Shown here: positions 45,535 through 55,066 of the stretch, piece after piece
How the letters are laid out: every line of letters begins with the position of its first letter
How positions within the stretch are numbered: the first letter of the stretch is position 1
Assembly: GCA_900314905.1 (NCBI GenBank)
Contig: OMXA01000004.1
Coordinates: 16,316 to 80,315 of the forward strand
Length of the DNA stretch: 64,000 bases
Source: an uncultured Erysipelotrichaceae bacterium
GTDB taxonomy: Bacteria > Bacillota_I > Bacilli_A > Erysipelotrichales > Erysipelotrichaceae
Direction of reading: 5' to 3'
The notes under the pieces: generated by a model
The model's database searches: none
What the model saw: only the letters and a program-made list of their open reading frames with translations
What the model was told of the DNA's origin: nothing
Program-made: the position numbers and the translations under genes

Positions 45535-46930
45535 GAGCGTGGCGTTCCTTCAGTGCTTCAATCATCTCTTCGCTCTTCTGATCTGTGAGCCTGAACTTCT
45601 TCCGGAACAGAACCATTGCCAATAACAGCCCGAGGAATGGCAGCACCGTCATCAGAAGCCTCAGCCCGAGCAGAGTCGATGCACTCTGAACCGCAATTTC
45701 TCCGGTGGTCTGATTATTTCCGACTAAGCCGATCAGATCGATGCCGACACCGCTGATCAGAACTGCAATGGCAGAGCTGGCCTTCACGACGAAGGTCTGC
45801 ATGCTGAAGATCACAGACTCCTGCCGGCTGCCAGTCGAAAGCTCTCCGTAATCGACGGAGGAAGACAGAAATACCGTCGTCAGCACCGTCAGCATGCCAT
45901 TGGCAAGGAAAACCAGCACCCCAGGAATGCAGAGTACGCCAAGCGATCCGCCGAAACCAGCCAGGCAGGCAGCGAGGATCAGAACATAGCCAGTCATGGA
46001 GAGGGTCAGGCACAGCCGGAAGATCTGTTCATTGGCAAGCTTCTTTCTCAGAAGCGGATACAGCACCATCATGCCGAGAATCTGAGAAGCACCGCCGACC
46101 GTATTGAACAGCGTATAGCTGTCAACCCAGGAAGCACCCCCGAAATCATACTTGAAGAAATAGATCAGAAGATTGGAGGTGATGTACAGGGCACAGTCAA
46201 TCAGAACGATGACGCCTACCACGACCATTGCCTGATCATTGCGGAACAGCGCCTGGAACATCTCCTTCACCGTTGCGGTATGAGAAGCATTCCCGGATGG
46301 CTGACTGCTGAGCTTGCGCTCCTGGATGCTATGAACACAGAGAATCTCAAAAACAGCAAACAGCATTGCGACAATGAGGGCAAGGCGGCTGAAGCCGGCC
46401 CGCTCGCTGCCATTACCAAGCATCGTGACCATCTTCATCGCGAAGACGGTGATCAGGGCATTGCCGATGCCGGCACAGGTTCTGCCGACCACGGAGATCT
46501 TCTCACGATCTGCTGCTTCGCGGGTCACCGCCGGAATCATCGACCAGAACGGGATATCCATCATCGTATAGGTGACTCCCCAGAGCACATAGATAACTGC
46601 AAAGTACGTATGCAGCCCCGTGCCGGATAATGCCTGAGGAGCACTGAATAATGCATACAGCACGAAGGCATTCAGAATCGATCCGGACAGAATCCAGGTG
46701 CTGAACTTTCCGAACTTCGGATTGCTTTTCTCAACCACAATGCCCATGAACGGATCATTCAGAGCATCGAAGACTCTGGCAGCCATCAGCACGATGCCGA
46801 CGAATGTAGCGGAGATTCCGAGAATATCCTGATAGTAATACATGACATAGCTCGCACTGAGCGCGTAGACCATGTCCTTGCCGACGGCTCCCAGGCCATA
46901 GCCGGCGGTCTGACGTTTTGAAAACTGCAT
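45524..46930 (-). CDS. Glycoside-pentoside-hexuronide (GPH):cation symporter, MelB/LacS-like
   Basis: Motifs GAVGKD, RVFDALNDPFMG, YTMMDIPFWSMIP and ESVIFSMQTFVVK. Confidence 0.9.
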   Translation of the reverse strand: MQFSKRQTAGYGLGAVGKDMVYALSASYVMYYYQDILGISATFVGIVLMAARVFDALNDPFMGIVVEKSNPKFGKFSTWILSGSILNAFVLYALFSAPQALSGTGLHTYFAVIYVLWGVTYTMMDIPFWSMIPAVTREAADREKISVVGRTCAGIGNALITVFAMKMVTMLGNGSERAGFSRLALIVAMLFAVFEILCVHSIQERKLSSQPSGNASHTATVKEMFQALFRNDQAMVVVGVIVLIDCALYITSNLLIYFFKYDFGGASWVDSYTLFNTVGGASQILGMMVLYPLLRKKLANEQIFRLCLTLSMTGYVLILAACLAGFGGSLGVLCIPGVLVFLANGMLTVLTTVFLSSSVDYGELSTGSRQESVIFSMQTFVVKASSAIAVLISGVGIDLIGLVGNNQTTGEIAVQSASTLLGLRLLMTVLPFLGLLLAMVLFRKKFRLTDQKSEEMIEALKERHAHDA

Positions 46931-46948
46931 GGAATGTTTTCCCCCTCT

Positions 46949-49297
46949 TCAGTCAATGATGAATGAAACAGAAACAGGTGCCGTCTGATCTGTTTCGATA
47001 TGCAGGACTGCGTTTCCCTTTGCACCGGTGGTGCGCACATAAGTTCCGCTCATGCCTCCTTCGAGGACTGCGACGTCAGGACCGGCAATCTCAATCGGGC
47101 CTTCCGTCGAGAAGCGGACCGGAAGCTGAGCATAGGAAGCAAGATTGTCATTGCTGTCCAGAAGGCGGATGCGGATGGCACTCATATCATAGGTGCCGCC
47201 TTCATGCAGGCATGGATTGCTGTTCTTCACTTCCAGATGCAGCCGGGAATCCGGAGTCTTGACTACGGACTTTATGACCTTCCCGTGGCTTACCGCATCG
47301 AATCTCCATATGGTTGCCTTGCCGCCCCAGTTGCCGACGTAGGTTCCGAACAGCCGGTAGCCATCTTCCATCGTCAGGTGATAATGCTTCATCGCATACA
47401 GCAGCTTGAGCTTGATCGACAGAGGAAGATTGCTCATGCCCTTTTCCTTTGCGGCAAGCAGGCAGTCATGAATCAGCTTCGCTTCCGTTTCCGGAAAATG
47501 CTCATTCTCCTTGATCAGCTCGCCGATCAGGTCATCAATCTTCACAGGCCCGTGCGCCAGGCCATTCCACCCCTCAGAACGGAAGCTCTTTACGAACTGA
47601 TCATTTTTATATAAGCGGATTTCCTCAGCATTCGTGAACGCATAGATCTCCCCGATCTGACCTGCGTTATAGTCGCCGATATCCATCGGGGTGCAGACTT
47701 CAAGCACCGGTTCTGATTCTCCCTGGCTTGCATAAAGCGCTGCGGCAGGCTTCGGATTGCGGAAGCTGTCCATCACGCCATGGTAGCAGATCCGATCTCC
47801 GGAGCCGAAGTCCTGGTGGGTCGGATAATCAAACATGCACCACTGGAAACATCCTGCATGCATGCCATCCTGCATGGCATCGTTCAGCACCCTGGCATGG
47901 CGCAGCGCATGTTCCTGACGGCGCTGCCAACGATCATAAGGCTTCGTCGGAAACATGTGGCCGTTTGCCTCGCTGATCAGCATCGGCTTGTTTCCGTCCG
48001 GAGTGACTTTCTCCTTCGGTCTGACCCCTGCGCTGGTACCGTTATAGGAAAAGTCATTGAATGCATACACATCCTCAAGCAGATGGCTCTTCTCAAGATA
48101 CCTCACGCCGCTCGTCGGACGGTCAGGATCGAGTTCATGGGCGCATGCATTGGTTTTCCGATACAGCTCATCATCATCGAGGCTTTCGTTGATCCTTACT
48201 CCCCAGAGAAAGACGGACGGATGATTCCGGTACTGAAGCACCATCTCTTTCGTATTCGAAACGCACTGATCTCTCCACTTCTGATCCGAGGAGATATGCT
48301 GCCAGCCTGGAATCTCGGTGAACACTGCCAGTCCCATCTCATCGCAGGCATCCAGGAAATACTGGCTCTGCGGGTAATGGGAAGTCCTGACCGCATTGAC
48401 CTGAAGCTCTTCTTTCAGGATTCTCGCATCTTCTCTCTGCAGGCTTTCTGAAGCAGCATAGCCCAGATACGGATAGCACTGGTGCCGATTCAGGCCGCGC
48501 AGGAATACCGGTTTCCCATTTAGCAGGATGTGATTCTGATCCGTGGTGATCGTGCGGATTCCAAGATGCTGATCAACCGTGTCCAGCACTTCTTCTCCTC
48601 TTCTCAGTGATAACTCTGCCTGATAAAGATATGGATCCTCCATCGACCAGAGATGCGCATGATTGATCGTGCATGCATGGGAATGCTCTGATGCAGGCCA
48701 TCTCTCTTCCAGAACTGCCGCTCCTTCTGCATCTCTGATGCACAGCAGAATATCAAGTCCTTCTGCATTTCCGGCAATCTCTGTCTCGGCAATGATCTGA
48801 TCGATCTTCTTAGTTCTGAGATAGACATCCTTCAGATAAGTCTGATTCCGGATATCCAGCCATACATCGCGGTAAATGCCTCCGAACGCAAGATAATCCA
48901 TCACAAATCCGAAGGGCGGAATCTCAGGATTCTCGGTCGTATCAAGCCTGACCGCAATCCAGTTTTCTTCTTCAGGATTCACAAGATCCGTGATATCTGT
49001 CCGAAACGCCGTATAGCCGCAACGATGCTCCGCGCACTTCTTTCCGTTCACGAATACTTCAGCAATATGCGCACATCCGTCAAACTGAAGGATGATTCTC
49101 TTTCCTTCTGCTCCAGGCGGAACGATAAGCTTGTGCCGGTATCCGCACACCATCTGGTACGAGGCAGGATCAGCTTCATGCAGCGGAACTTCCTTCACCG
49201 TATGCGGAAGCCGGATTGCTTCTCCTGTCCCTTTTCCATCCCGGAAGGAGTCACTCCAGACCGGAACAAATTCCCATTCATTGTCCAGTAAAATCAT
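46949..49297 (-). CDS. Beta-galactosidase, GH2 family
   Basis: Motifs FLRGLNRHQ, VRTSHYP, NHPSVFLWGVRINES (acid/base) and MLISEANGHMFP (nucleophile). Confidence 0.9.
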   Translation of the reverse strand: MILLDNEWEFVPVWSDSFRDGKGTGEAIRLPHTVKEVPLHEADPASYQMVCGYRHKLIVPPGAEGKRIILQFDGCAHIAEVFVNGKKCAEHRCGYTAFRTDITDLVNPEEENWIAVRLDTTENPEIPPFGFVMDYLAFGGIYRDVWLDIRNQTYLKDVYLRTKKIDQIIAETEIAGNAEGLDILLCIRDAEGAAVLEERWPASEHSHACTINHAHLWSMEDPYLYQAELSLRRGEEVLDTVDQHLGIRTITTDQNHILLNGKPVFLRGLNRHQCYPYLGYAASESLQREDARILKEELQVNAVRTSHYPQSQYFLDACDEMGLAVFTEIPGWQHISSDQKWRDQCVSNTKEMVLQYRNHPSVFLWGVRINESLDDDELYRKTNACAHELDPDRPTSGVRYLEKSHLLEDVYAFNDFSYNGTSAGVRPKEKVTPDGNKPMLISEANGHMFPTKPYDRWQRRQEHALRHARVLNDAMQDGMHAGCFQWCMFDYPTHQDFGSGDRICYHGVMDSFRNPKPAAALYASQGESEPVLEVCTPMDIGDYNAGQIGEIYAFTNAEEIRLYKNDQFVKSFRSEGWNGLAHGPVKIDDLIGELIKENEHFPETEAKLIHDCLLAAKEKGMSNLPLSIKLKLLYAMKHYHLTMEDGYRLFGTYVGNWGGKATIWRFDAVSHGKVIKSVVKTPDSRLHLEVKNSNPCLHEGGTYDMSAIRIRLLDSNDNLASYAQLPVRFSTEGPIEIAGPDVAVLEGGMSGTYVRTTGAKGNAVLHIETDQTAPVSVSFIID

Positions 49298-49854
49298 CTT
49301 GCTTCAGCTCCTTTCATGAGCAGATCTGCCAGGTATTCAAGTGCTTCATGATACGTGATCCCATACTCCTTGAGACCATCCGTAGACAGGAATGATTCGA
49401 TGCTGGCAGTCACCGTCATCCGGAATACCGGCATCGAAAGATCACTGCGCAATGCACCGGAAGCGATCCCTTCTTCCATCAGCTTCAGAGTCGGTTCCCA
49501 GTTGGTTTCCAGGTTTCTGCGGATGCTTCTGGCAACTGAGGGGTATTTCTCTCCGATTCCTTCCAGCTTCCTGAAATCCAGCATCTGATATTCCTCCGGC
49601 ATTGCAACAATCACGCGCCTGAGCTTCTCTGCAAGAGGTATCTCCTGTTCCAGGATTGCCTGTTTCTGGGCATGGATCTTAGCAAAGCCGGAATCGCAGA
49701 GATCCAGCAGCAGCGCTTCCTTGGATGGGTAGAGATGATAGATCGTCTTCTTGGCAATATGCATTCCCTCTGCCACATCCTGCATGGTGAATTTCAATCC
49801 TTTCAGCGCATAAAGACGTGTTGCCTGATCAAGGATCTCTTCTCTCAGTGACAT
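49294..49854 (-). CDS. TetR/AcrR family transcriptional regulator
   Basis: HTH segment GLKFTMQDVAEGMHIAKKTIYHLYPSKEALL. Overlaps the GH2 start (ATGA). Confidence 0.93.
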   Translation of the reverse strand: MSLREEILDQATRLYALKGLKFTMQDVAEGMHIAKKTIYHLYPSKEALLLDLCDSGFAKIHAQKQAILEQEIPLAEKLRRVIVAMPEEYQMLDFRKLEGIGEKYPSVARSIRRNLETNWEPTLKLMEEGIASGALRSDLSMPVFRMTVTASIESFLSTDGLKEYGITYHEALEYLADLLMKGAEAR

Positions 49855-49868
49855 ACCTTACTCCCTTC

Positions 49869-49926
49869 TGGAAACTGCATTTCTATTTCTGGTTTCCATT
49901 ATAGTGCGATGTAACCGCTTACGCAA
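49869..49926 (-). promoter_or_regulatory. Promoter of the galactoside operon with cre-like site and candidate TetR operator
   Basis: TTGCGT (49926-49921)-17 bp-TATAAT (49903-49898). cre-like TGTAACCGCTTACG at 49910-49923. Inverted repeat TGGAAAC-N16-GTTTCCA at 49869-49898. Confidence 0.7.
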
Positions 49927-50083
49927 TAGCCTGCAGAAAAAAGAATACATACCTGGTAAATATGCCAACCTGCAGGGAGAACTCTTCGTGACTCCATGAG
50001 GAACACGATGCGGCAGAAGAAAAAGGAAACAAGAGAAAATAAAGACGGCCTTCTTTGCGAAAGCCGCCTGGTGAATCAGTTAT

Positions 50084-50440
50084 TCAGTTCTCTTTTTCCT
50101 GCTCATGGATCCGGGCAATCAGCTCATCGATATGCCGGCCATTTTCTTCTGTCCGGTCAATCTCGAAACGGAGCTCTGGGCATCTGCGGATGTCCAGACG
50201 CTGCGCGAGTTCAGAGCGGATGTAGCCTTTAGCTTTCTCAAGCGCAGCCATCGCATCCCGATGGGATTTGTTCCCATAGAATGTCACATAGATCGTCGCA
50301 TAGCTGTGATCGTTTGAGACACGTACATCTGTGACCGTCACATTGGAGACATCCGGATCCTTGACCTGGAACGCGATGATTTCAGTCACATCGCGGCGGA
50401 TGATTCCCTCGAGCCGTTTCTGCTTGACGGTTTTTGCCAT
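50084..50440 (-). CDS. rbfA: Ribosome-binding factor A
   Basis: Motifs VKDPDV, VTVTDVRVSND, LEKAKGYIRSELA and RRCPELRF. Confidence 0.95.
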   Translation of the reverse strand: MAKTVKQKRLEGIIRRDVTEIIAFQVKDPDVSNVTVTDVRVSNDHSYATIYVTFYGNKSHRDAMAALEKAKGYIRSELAQRLDIRRCPELRFEIDRTEENGRHIDELIARIHEQEKEN

Positions 50441-50442
50441 AC

Positions 50443-52326
50443 TCAGGCCTCAGCAGGAACTTCCTGTTCCTGGTATGCTTCGATGACGTCACCGACTTTG
50501 ATGTCGTTATAATTTTCAATCGTGATGCCGCATTCATAACCGGCAAGCACTTCCTTTGCATCATCCTTGAAGCGCTTCAGAGATCCGAGCTTTCCGGTAT
50601 AGATGACAATTCCTTCCCGGATCAGACGGACCCCGCAGTCTCTGGTCAGCTTGCCATCCGTGACCATGCAGCCGCCGATGGTTCCGACCTTGGAAACTTT
50701 ATACGTCTGACGGACTTCCGCCTGGCCAATGACAACTTCGGTATACACCGGTGCCAGCATGCCTTTCATGGCATTCTCCATCTCTTCGGTGACCTTGTAG
50801 ATGATGTTATGCAGACGGATCTCGACGCCGGCATCTTCTGCCTTCTTGCGGATCGTCGCATCCGGACGCACATTGAAGCCGATGATCATTGCTTTTGAAG
50901 CATCCGCAAGCATGATATCGGATTCGGTGATGGCACCGGCTGTCGCATGGATGACATTGACCTTGACGCCCTTGACATCCAGCTTTTCAAGCGATGATCT
51001 GACTGCTTCTGCAGAACCCTGGACATCAGCTTTGATGATGACCGGAATTTCCTTGATTTCGCCGGCTTCGATTTCCTTGGACAGATCCTCAAGGCTCATC
51101 GCAGCTGTCTTGCGCCTCTGCTGTTCCACCTTCTTGCGGTTGCGCCGGTCAGCGACTGCACGTGCTTCTTTCTCATCGTCATAGGCACGGAACAGATCGC
51201 CTGCCTCCGGAACATCATTGAGACCGATGATTTCTACCGGAGAACTTGGTCCGGCACTTCTGAGCTCATTGCCATCTTCATCCGTCATCTTGCGGACCTT
51301 GCCGAAGCAGGTGCCGACCACAATCGGATCGCCGTGATGCAGGGTGCCATTCTGAACGAGCAGAGTTGCGACAGGGCCTCTGCCCTTATCCAGCTTTGCC
51401 TCAATGACAGTACCGGAAGCCAGGCGCTTCGGATTTGCTTTGAGCTCCTTCATGTCCGCAACCGTCAGAATCGTCTCCAGAAGATCGGAAATGCCTTCCC
51501 CCTTCTTTGCAGAAGTCGGAACGAAAATCGTATCGCCGCCCCAGTCTTCCGGCATGATGCCGAGATCCGCCATTTCACTCTTGACGCGGTCCGGATTTGC
51601 CCCTGGCTTGTCCATCTTGTTGACGGCAACGATCATCGGAACATCAGCAGCTTTTGCATGGTCAATGGCTTCCTTGGTCTGCGGCATGACACCGTCATCT
51701 GCAGCGACGACGATGACCGCAAGATCGGTGACTTTGGCACCTCTTGCCCGCATGGCCGTGAAGGCTTCATGGCCTGGTGTATCCAGGAACGTGATCTTGC
51801 GGCCTTTGATGGAAACCTGATAAGCACCGATTGCCTGGGTGATGCCGCCGGCTTCGCCAGCTGCGACTTTCGTCTTGCGGATTGCATCGAGCAGAGTGGT
51901 CTTGCCATGGTCGACATGACCCATGATCGTGACAATCGGAGGACGTTCTTTCAGGAGCTTCGGATCATCCGGTTCTTCATCTTCCAGACTGTCCTCATCC
52001 TTCGGCTTCACTTTCGTAGGTTCGATATCATATTCCAGGCAGACCGTCTCGACCATCTCGTCGTCCAGTGAGCTGTTGATCGTGACCATCTTTCCCTGCA
52101 TGAACAGGATCTTGATCAGATCGCCGGCACTGCGGCCGCACTTCTTTGCAAGTTCGCCGACCGTAATGCCATCCGTGTAAGTGATGGCATGAATCTCCGG
52201 CTGCTGACGGCGCGGAGAGAATCCCTGCGGACGGCTGCTATTGTTTCTTCCGCGGCTGCTGTTATTATTGCGCTTGCGGCTGCTGTTCCGGTTTGCGCCA
52301 GGTTTGAAATTGTTTTTCTTCTGCAT
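50443..52326 (-). CDS. infB: Translation initiation factor IF-2
   Basis: Motifs [26 protein letters not shown] and NKMD. Start MQKK follows an AGGAGG SD. Confidence 0.98.
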   Translation of the reverse strand: MQKKNNFKPGANRNSSRKRNNNSSRGRNNSSRPQGFSPRRQQPEIHAITYTDGITVGELAKKCGRSAGDLIKILFMQGKMVTINSSLDDEMVETVCLEYDIEPTKVKPKDEDSLEDEEPDDPKLLKERPPIVTIMGHVDHGKTTLLDAIRKTKVAAGEAGGITQAIGAYQVSIKGRKITFLDTPGHEAFTAMRARGAKVTDLAVIVVAADDGVMPQTKEAIDHAKAADVPMIVAVNKMDKPGANPDRVKSEMADLGIMPEDWGGDTIFVPTSAKKGEGISDLLETILTVADMKELKANPKRLASGTVIEAKLDKGRGPVATLLVQNGTLHHGDPIVVGTCFGKVRKMTDEDGNELRSAGPSSPVEIIGLNDVPEAGDLFRAYDDEKEARAVADRRNRKKVEQQRRKTAAMSLEDLSKEIEAGEIKEIPVIIKADVQGSAEAVRSSLEKLDVKGVKVNVIHATAGAITESDIMLADASKAMIIGFNVRPDATIRKKAEDAGVEIRLHNIIYKVTEEMENAMKGMLAPVYTEVVIGQAEVRQTYKVSKVGTIGGCMVTDGKLTRDCGVRLIREGIVIYTGKLGSLKRFKDDAKEVLAGYECGITIENYNDIKVGDVIEAYQEQEVPAEA

Positions 52327-52392
52327 TGCATTTCCTCCTTTTTCTTCTGCAGACAAGCTTTGCGGGCATCGCCTCTCTTTCTGAATTTTCCG

Positions 52393-52650
52393 CTAGCGGA
52401 TCGCTGCCCGGATTGTATCCCAGAATTCCTCCGGGATCTTCACTTCCAGGGCACGCGCCAGGGAACCATTCTTCTTTGCTTTTTCAACGGCCTCCAGGTC
52501 CTTCTTCAGATAAGCCCCGCGGCCATTCGCCTTGCCGGTCGCATCAACGGCAAGGGTTCCCTCCGGTGTGCGCACGATGCGCAGCAGCTCCTTCTTCGGA
52601 AGCTGCTCGCCCGTAGCGACGCACCGTCTCATCGGTATCTTCTTCGGCAT
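52393..52650 (-). CDS. rnpM: RNase P modulator RnpM (YlxR)
   Basis: Motifs KKIPMRRCVATGE, LLRIVR and GKANGRGAY. Confidence 0.93.
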   Translation of the reverse strand: MPKKIPMRRCVATGEQLPKKELLRIVRTPEGTLAVDATGKANGRGAYLKKDLEAVEKAKKNGSLARALEVKIPEEFWDTIRAAIR

Positions 52651-54452
52651 TACTTGCCTTCCTCGTCCTTGTAGTAGTCTTCGTATTCATCGTAATCGAT
52701 GTCATACTGGCTGTCTTCTTCTGCCTGCTGCTGTGCTTCGATCTCTGCAAGCTCTTCTTCGGTATAGACCGGCTTTGCAGGTTCTGCAGCATTCTGCTTG
52801 CCAAGCTGTTCGAGAAGGACATCATTGCGGACCTTGATGCCATCATCATCCTTGTTCTTCCGCTTTCTGCGGGACGGAGTCTGCTGCTTCGGCTTCGAAG
52901 TGCTGGCCAGCTTCTCAAAGACTGAAACATAATCGTTCTTGCTTGCCATCTCTTCGAGGTCTGCCTTGTGCTTCTTTGCCTTCGGCTCTTCCTGCTTGAC
53001 AATCGCTTCCTTCACCGGCTCTTCTGCTTTTTCTTCTTCGGCAGGGGCAGGAGCTTCTGCCGGTTCTTCGGCTGGAGCTTCGGCTGCCTTCACTTCTTCT
53101 GCAGCAGCAGCTTCTTCAGGCTTGCTTTCTTCTTGCGGGGCGGCAGTTTCATTTGCCATGTCATTGCGGATCTTCTCGCTCATGACTTCCTGCATCTCTT
53201 CCGGAATGGCGTCTTCTTCACGGGCGGCAGCTTCGGCAGCTTCCTTGCTTGCCTTGGCAAGCTCTTCGACCTTAGCCAGACGCTTCGCTTCCGCCTCGCG
53301 GGCTTCACGCTCCATGCGTTCTGCTTCGCGCTTCTCATGTTCCTTGGCAAGCTCTGCTTTGCGCTGCTCTGCTTCCTGCACGAGCTTCTCGTAGTCGACG
53401 CCCATCTCGGTGAGTTCTGCCTTGGTCTTGATATCGATCTTGCGGCCGGTGAGCTTGACAGCAAGTCTTGCATTCTTGCCCTTCTTGCCGATTGCAAGCG
53501 AAAGCTGATCTTCCGCTACGACAACCAGCAGAGAACGCTCATCCTCACCCGGGAGCACTGCTTCGACTTCTGCCGGAGCCAATGCATTCTTGACTAATAC
53601 AGTGACATCTTCACTCCATGGGAAGATATCGATCTTCTCGCCATGCAGCTCTTCGATGATTTCCTGAACCCGGGCTCCTCTCTGACCGATGCAGGCACCG
53701 ATCGGATCGACTTCCGGATTGTAGCTGACGACCGCCATCTTCGTGCGCTCGCCTGGCTCTCTGGCAATGGATTTGATTTCGACAATTCCCTGGGCGACTT
53801 CCGGAACTTCTTTCTCGAACAGACGCTTCACGAGCATCGGGTCGGCCCGGCTGACGAGAACCTGAGAGCCTTTGGTATCCTTGTTGACTTCGGTGATGAC
53901 AACCCGGATCTTCTGTCCTTCCGTCAGATGTTCCTGCGGAATCTGCGCAGACTTCGGCATCAGGGCAGTCGTCTTGCCGAGATTGATCAGAGCGAACTTG
54001 TCCTTGACCGACTCGACGATTCCGATCACCATGTCATAAAGCTGGTCGATATATGCATCATAGACCGCAACCTTCTCTGCTTCGCGGATCTTCTGGCGCA
54101 TGACGTTTCTCGCCAGAGATGCTGCAGCTCTCGACATGCCGTTGATCTCGACTTTGCGGCGGATCACATCGCCGAGATACGTATCGGCTTTGATTTCACG
54201 CGCATCCGGCAGCGAGATCTCAAGCTCATCATCTTCGACATCTTCAACGACATTATAAAGCTGATAGATATCAATCGTCTGATTCTTCTCATTGATCTCG
54301 GCTTCCACATTGATGTCAGAAAGCTCAGCATCTTTCTTGTAAGCTTTTGCCATCGCTTCCTTCAGAGCATCGAGGACGACCTCTTCCGGAATCTTGCGCT
54401 CATCCTCAATGGCATTGAGCGCCCTGATCATATCTTTGTACTTCAGTTCCAT
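52650..54452 (-). CDS. nusA: Transcription factor NusA with long acidic C-terminal tail
   Basis: S1 and KH motifs REPGERTK, DPIGACIGQRG and SLAIGKKGKNARLA, followed by about 250 aa of low-complexity tail. Confidence 0.96.
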   Translation of the reverse strand: MELKYKDMIRALNAIEDERKIPEEVVLDALKEAMAKAYKKDAELSDINVEAEINEKNQTIDIYQLYNVVEDVEDDELEISLPDAREIKADTYLGDVIRRKVEINGMSRAAASLARNVMRQKIREAEKVAVYDAYIDQLYDMVIGIVESVKDKFALINLGKTTALMPKSAQIPQEHLTEGQKIRVVITEVNKDTKGSQVLVSRADPMLVKRLFEKEVPEVAQGIVEIKSIAREPGERTKMAVVSYNPEVDPIGACIGQRGARVQEIIEELHGEKIDIFPWSEDVTVLVKNALAPAEVEAVLPGEDERSLLVVVAEDQLSLAIGKKGKNARLAVKLTGRKIDIKTKAELTEMGVDYEKLVQEAEQRKAELAKEHEKREAERMEREAREAEAKRLAKVEELAKASKEAAEAAAREEDAIPEEMQEVMSEKIRNDMANETAAPQEESKPEEAAAAEEVKAAEAPAEEPAEAPAPAEEEKAEEPVKEAIVKQEEPKAKKHKADLEEMASKNDYVSVFEKLASTSKPKQQTPSRRKRKNKDDDGIKVRNDVLLEQLGKQNAAEPAKPVYTEEELAEIEAQQQAEEDSQYDIDYDEYEDYYKDEEGK

Positions 54453-54475
54453 GATGATTCTTCTTTTTCTCTCCT

Positions 54476-54940
54476 TCAGAATTTGATTGCCAGGCGGATC
54501 TTTTCGATATCTGCTGCAGGAATCTCCGCTTTCCTGACTGCTGCTTTCTCACGGTATTCCAGGCTGATTACACCACCGGAATACTGTTTCACCGTTCCGG
54601 TCAGCTCCATGAGCTTCTTGTAAGGATGCTTCAGCCGCAGGAACACATAAGGCTCATGCATCGTTTCAAGCTCCTTCAGATCACGGATCTCACGCTCTGC
54701 ACCAGGACTGCAGACTTCCAGGGTATAGGCAGACTTGATGACATCCTTCGCATCCAGGAAGTCCGAAAGCTTCGTGCTCACCTCTGCGCACGTATCAAGA
54801 TCCATCGACCCATCCTCGTGCATGATTGAAACTTCCAGCGTATGCTCGCTTCCTCCGGTCCACTTCAGATCATACAGCTTCACGCCGCATTCCTTCAGGA
54901 CCGGTTCCAGCAGTTCTTTCAGCTGACCGGTATTTTCCAT
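54476..54940 (-). CDS. rimP: Ribosome maturation factor RimP
   Basis: Motifs DLDTCAEVS and YTLEVCSPGAER; first gene of the nusA operon. Confidence 0.93.
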   Translation of the reverse strand: MENTGQLKELLEPVLKECGVKLYDLKWTGGSEHTLEVSIMHEDGSMDLDTCAEVSTKLSDFLDAKDVIKSAYTLEVCSPGAEREIRDLKELETMHEPYVFLRLKHPYKKLMELTGTVKQYSGGVISLEYREKAAVRKAEIPAADIEKIRLAIKF

Positions 54941-54963
54941 CGCTCCTCCCAATCAATAATTAA

Positions 54964-54981
54964 GGAGTGCTTCCGCACTCC
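54964..54981 (-). promoter_or_regulatory. rimP leader hairpin
   Basis: GGAGTGC-GGAA-GCACTCC (GNRA tetraloop) between the promoter TTGCAG-16-TATATT (55022-54995) and the rimP SD. It resembles the hairpin commonly found upstream of rimP. Confidence 0.55.
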
Positions 54982-55066
54982 CTGTAACACGATTAATATA
55001 GCAGATTTCCCCGTTTCTGCAAGCAGTTTTCGCAAACTGCGCGCAAAGACTCCGGATGCTCTTTGC

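Noticed and set aside
49930-50083. Intergenic region after rbfA, including ORF 49996..50232
   Set aside because: It contains only a terminator-like hairpin and a pyrimidine-rich tract. I found no supportable sRNA or ORF.
52544-54623. Several long alternative-frame and antisense ORFs over nusA
   Set aside because: They result from the low-complexity nusA tail and codon bias, and show no independent coding signals.
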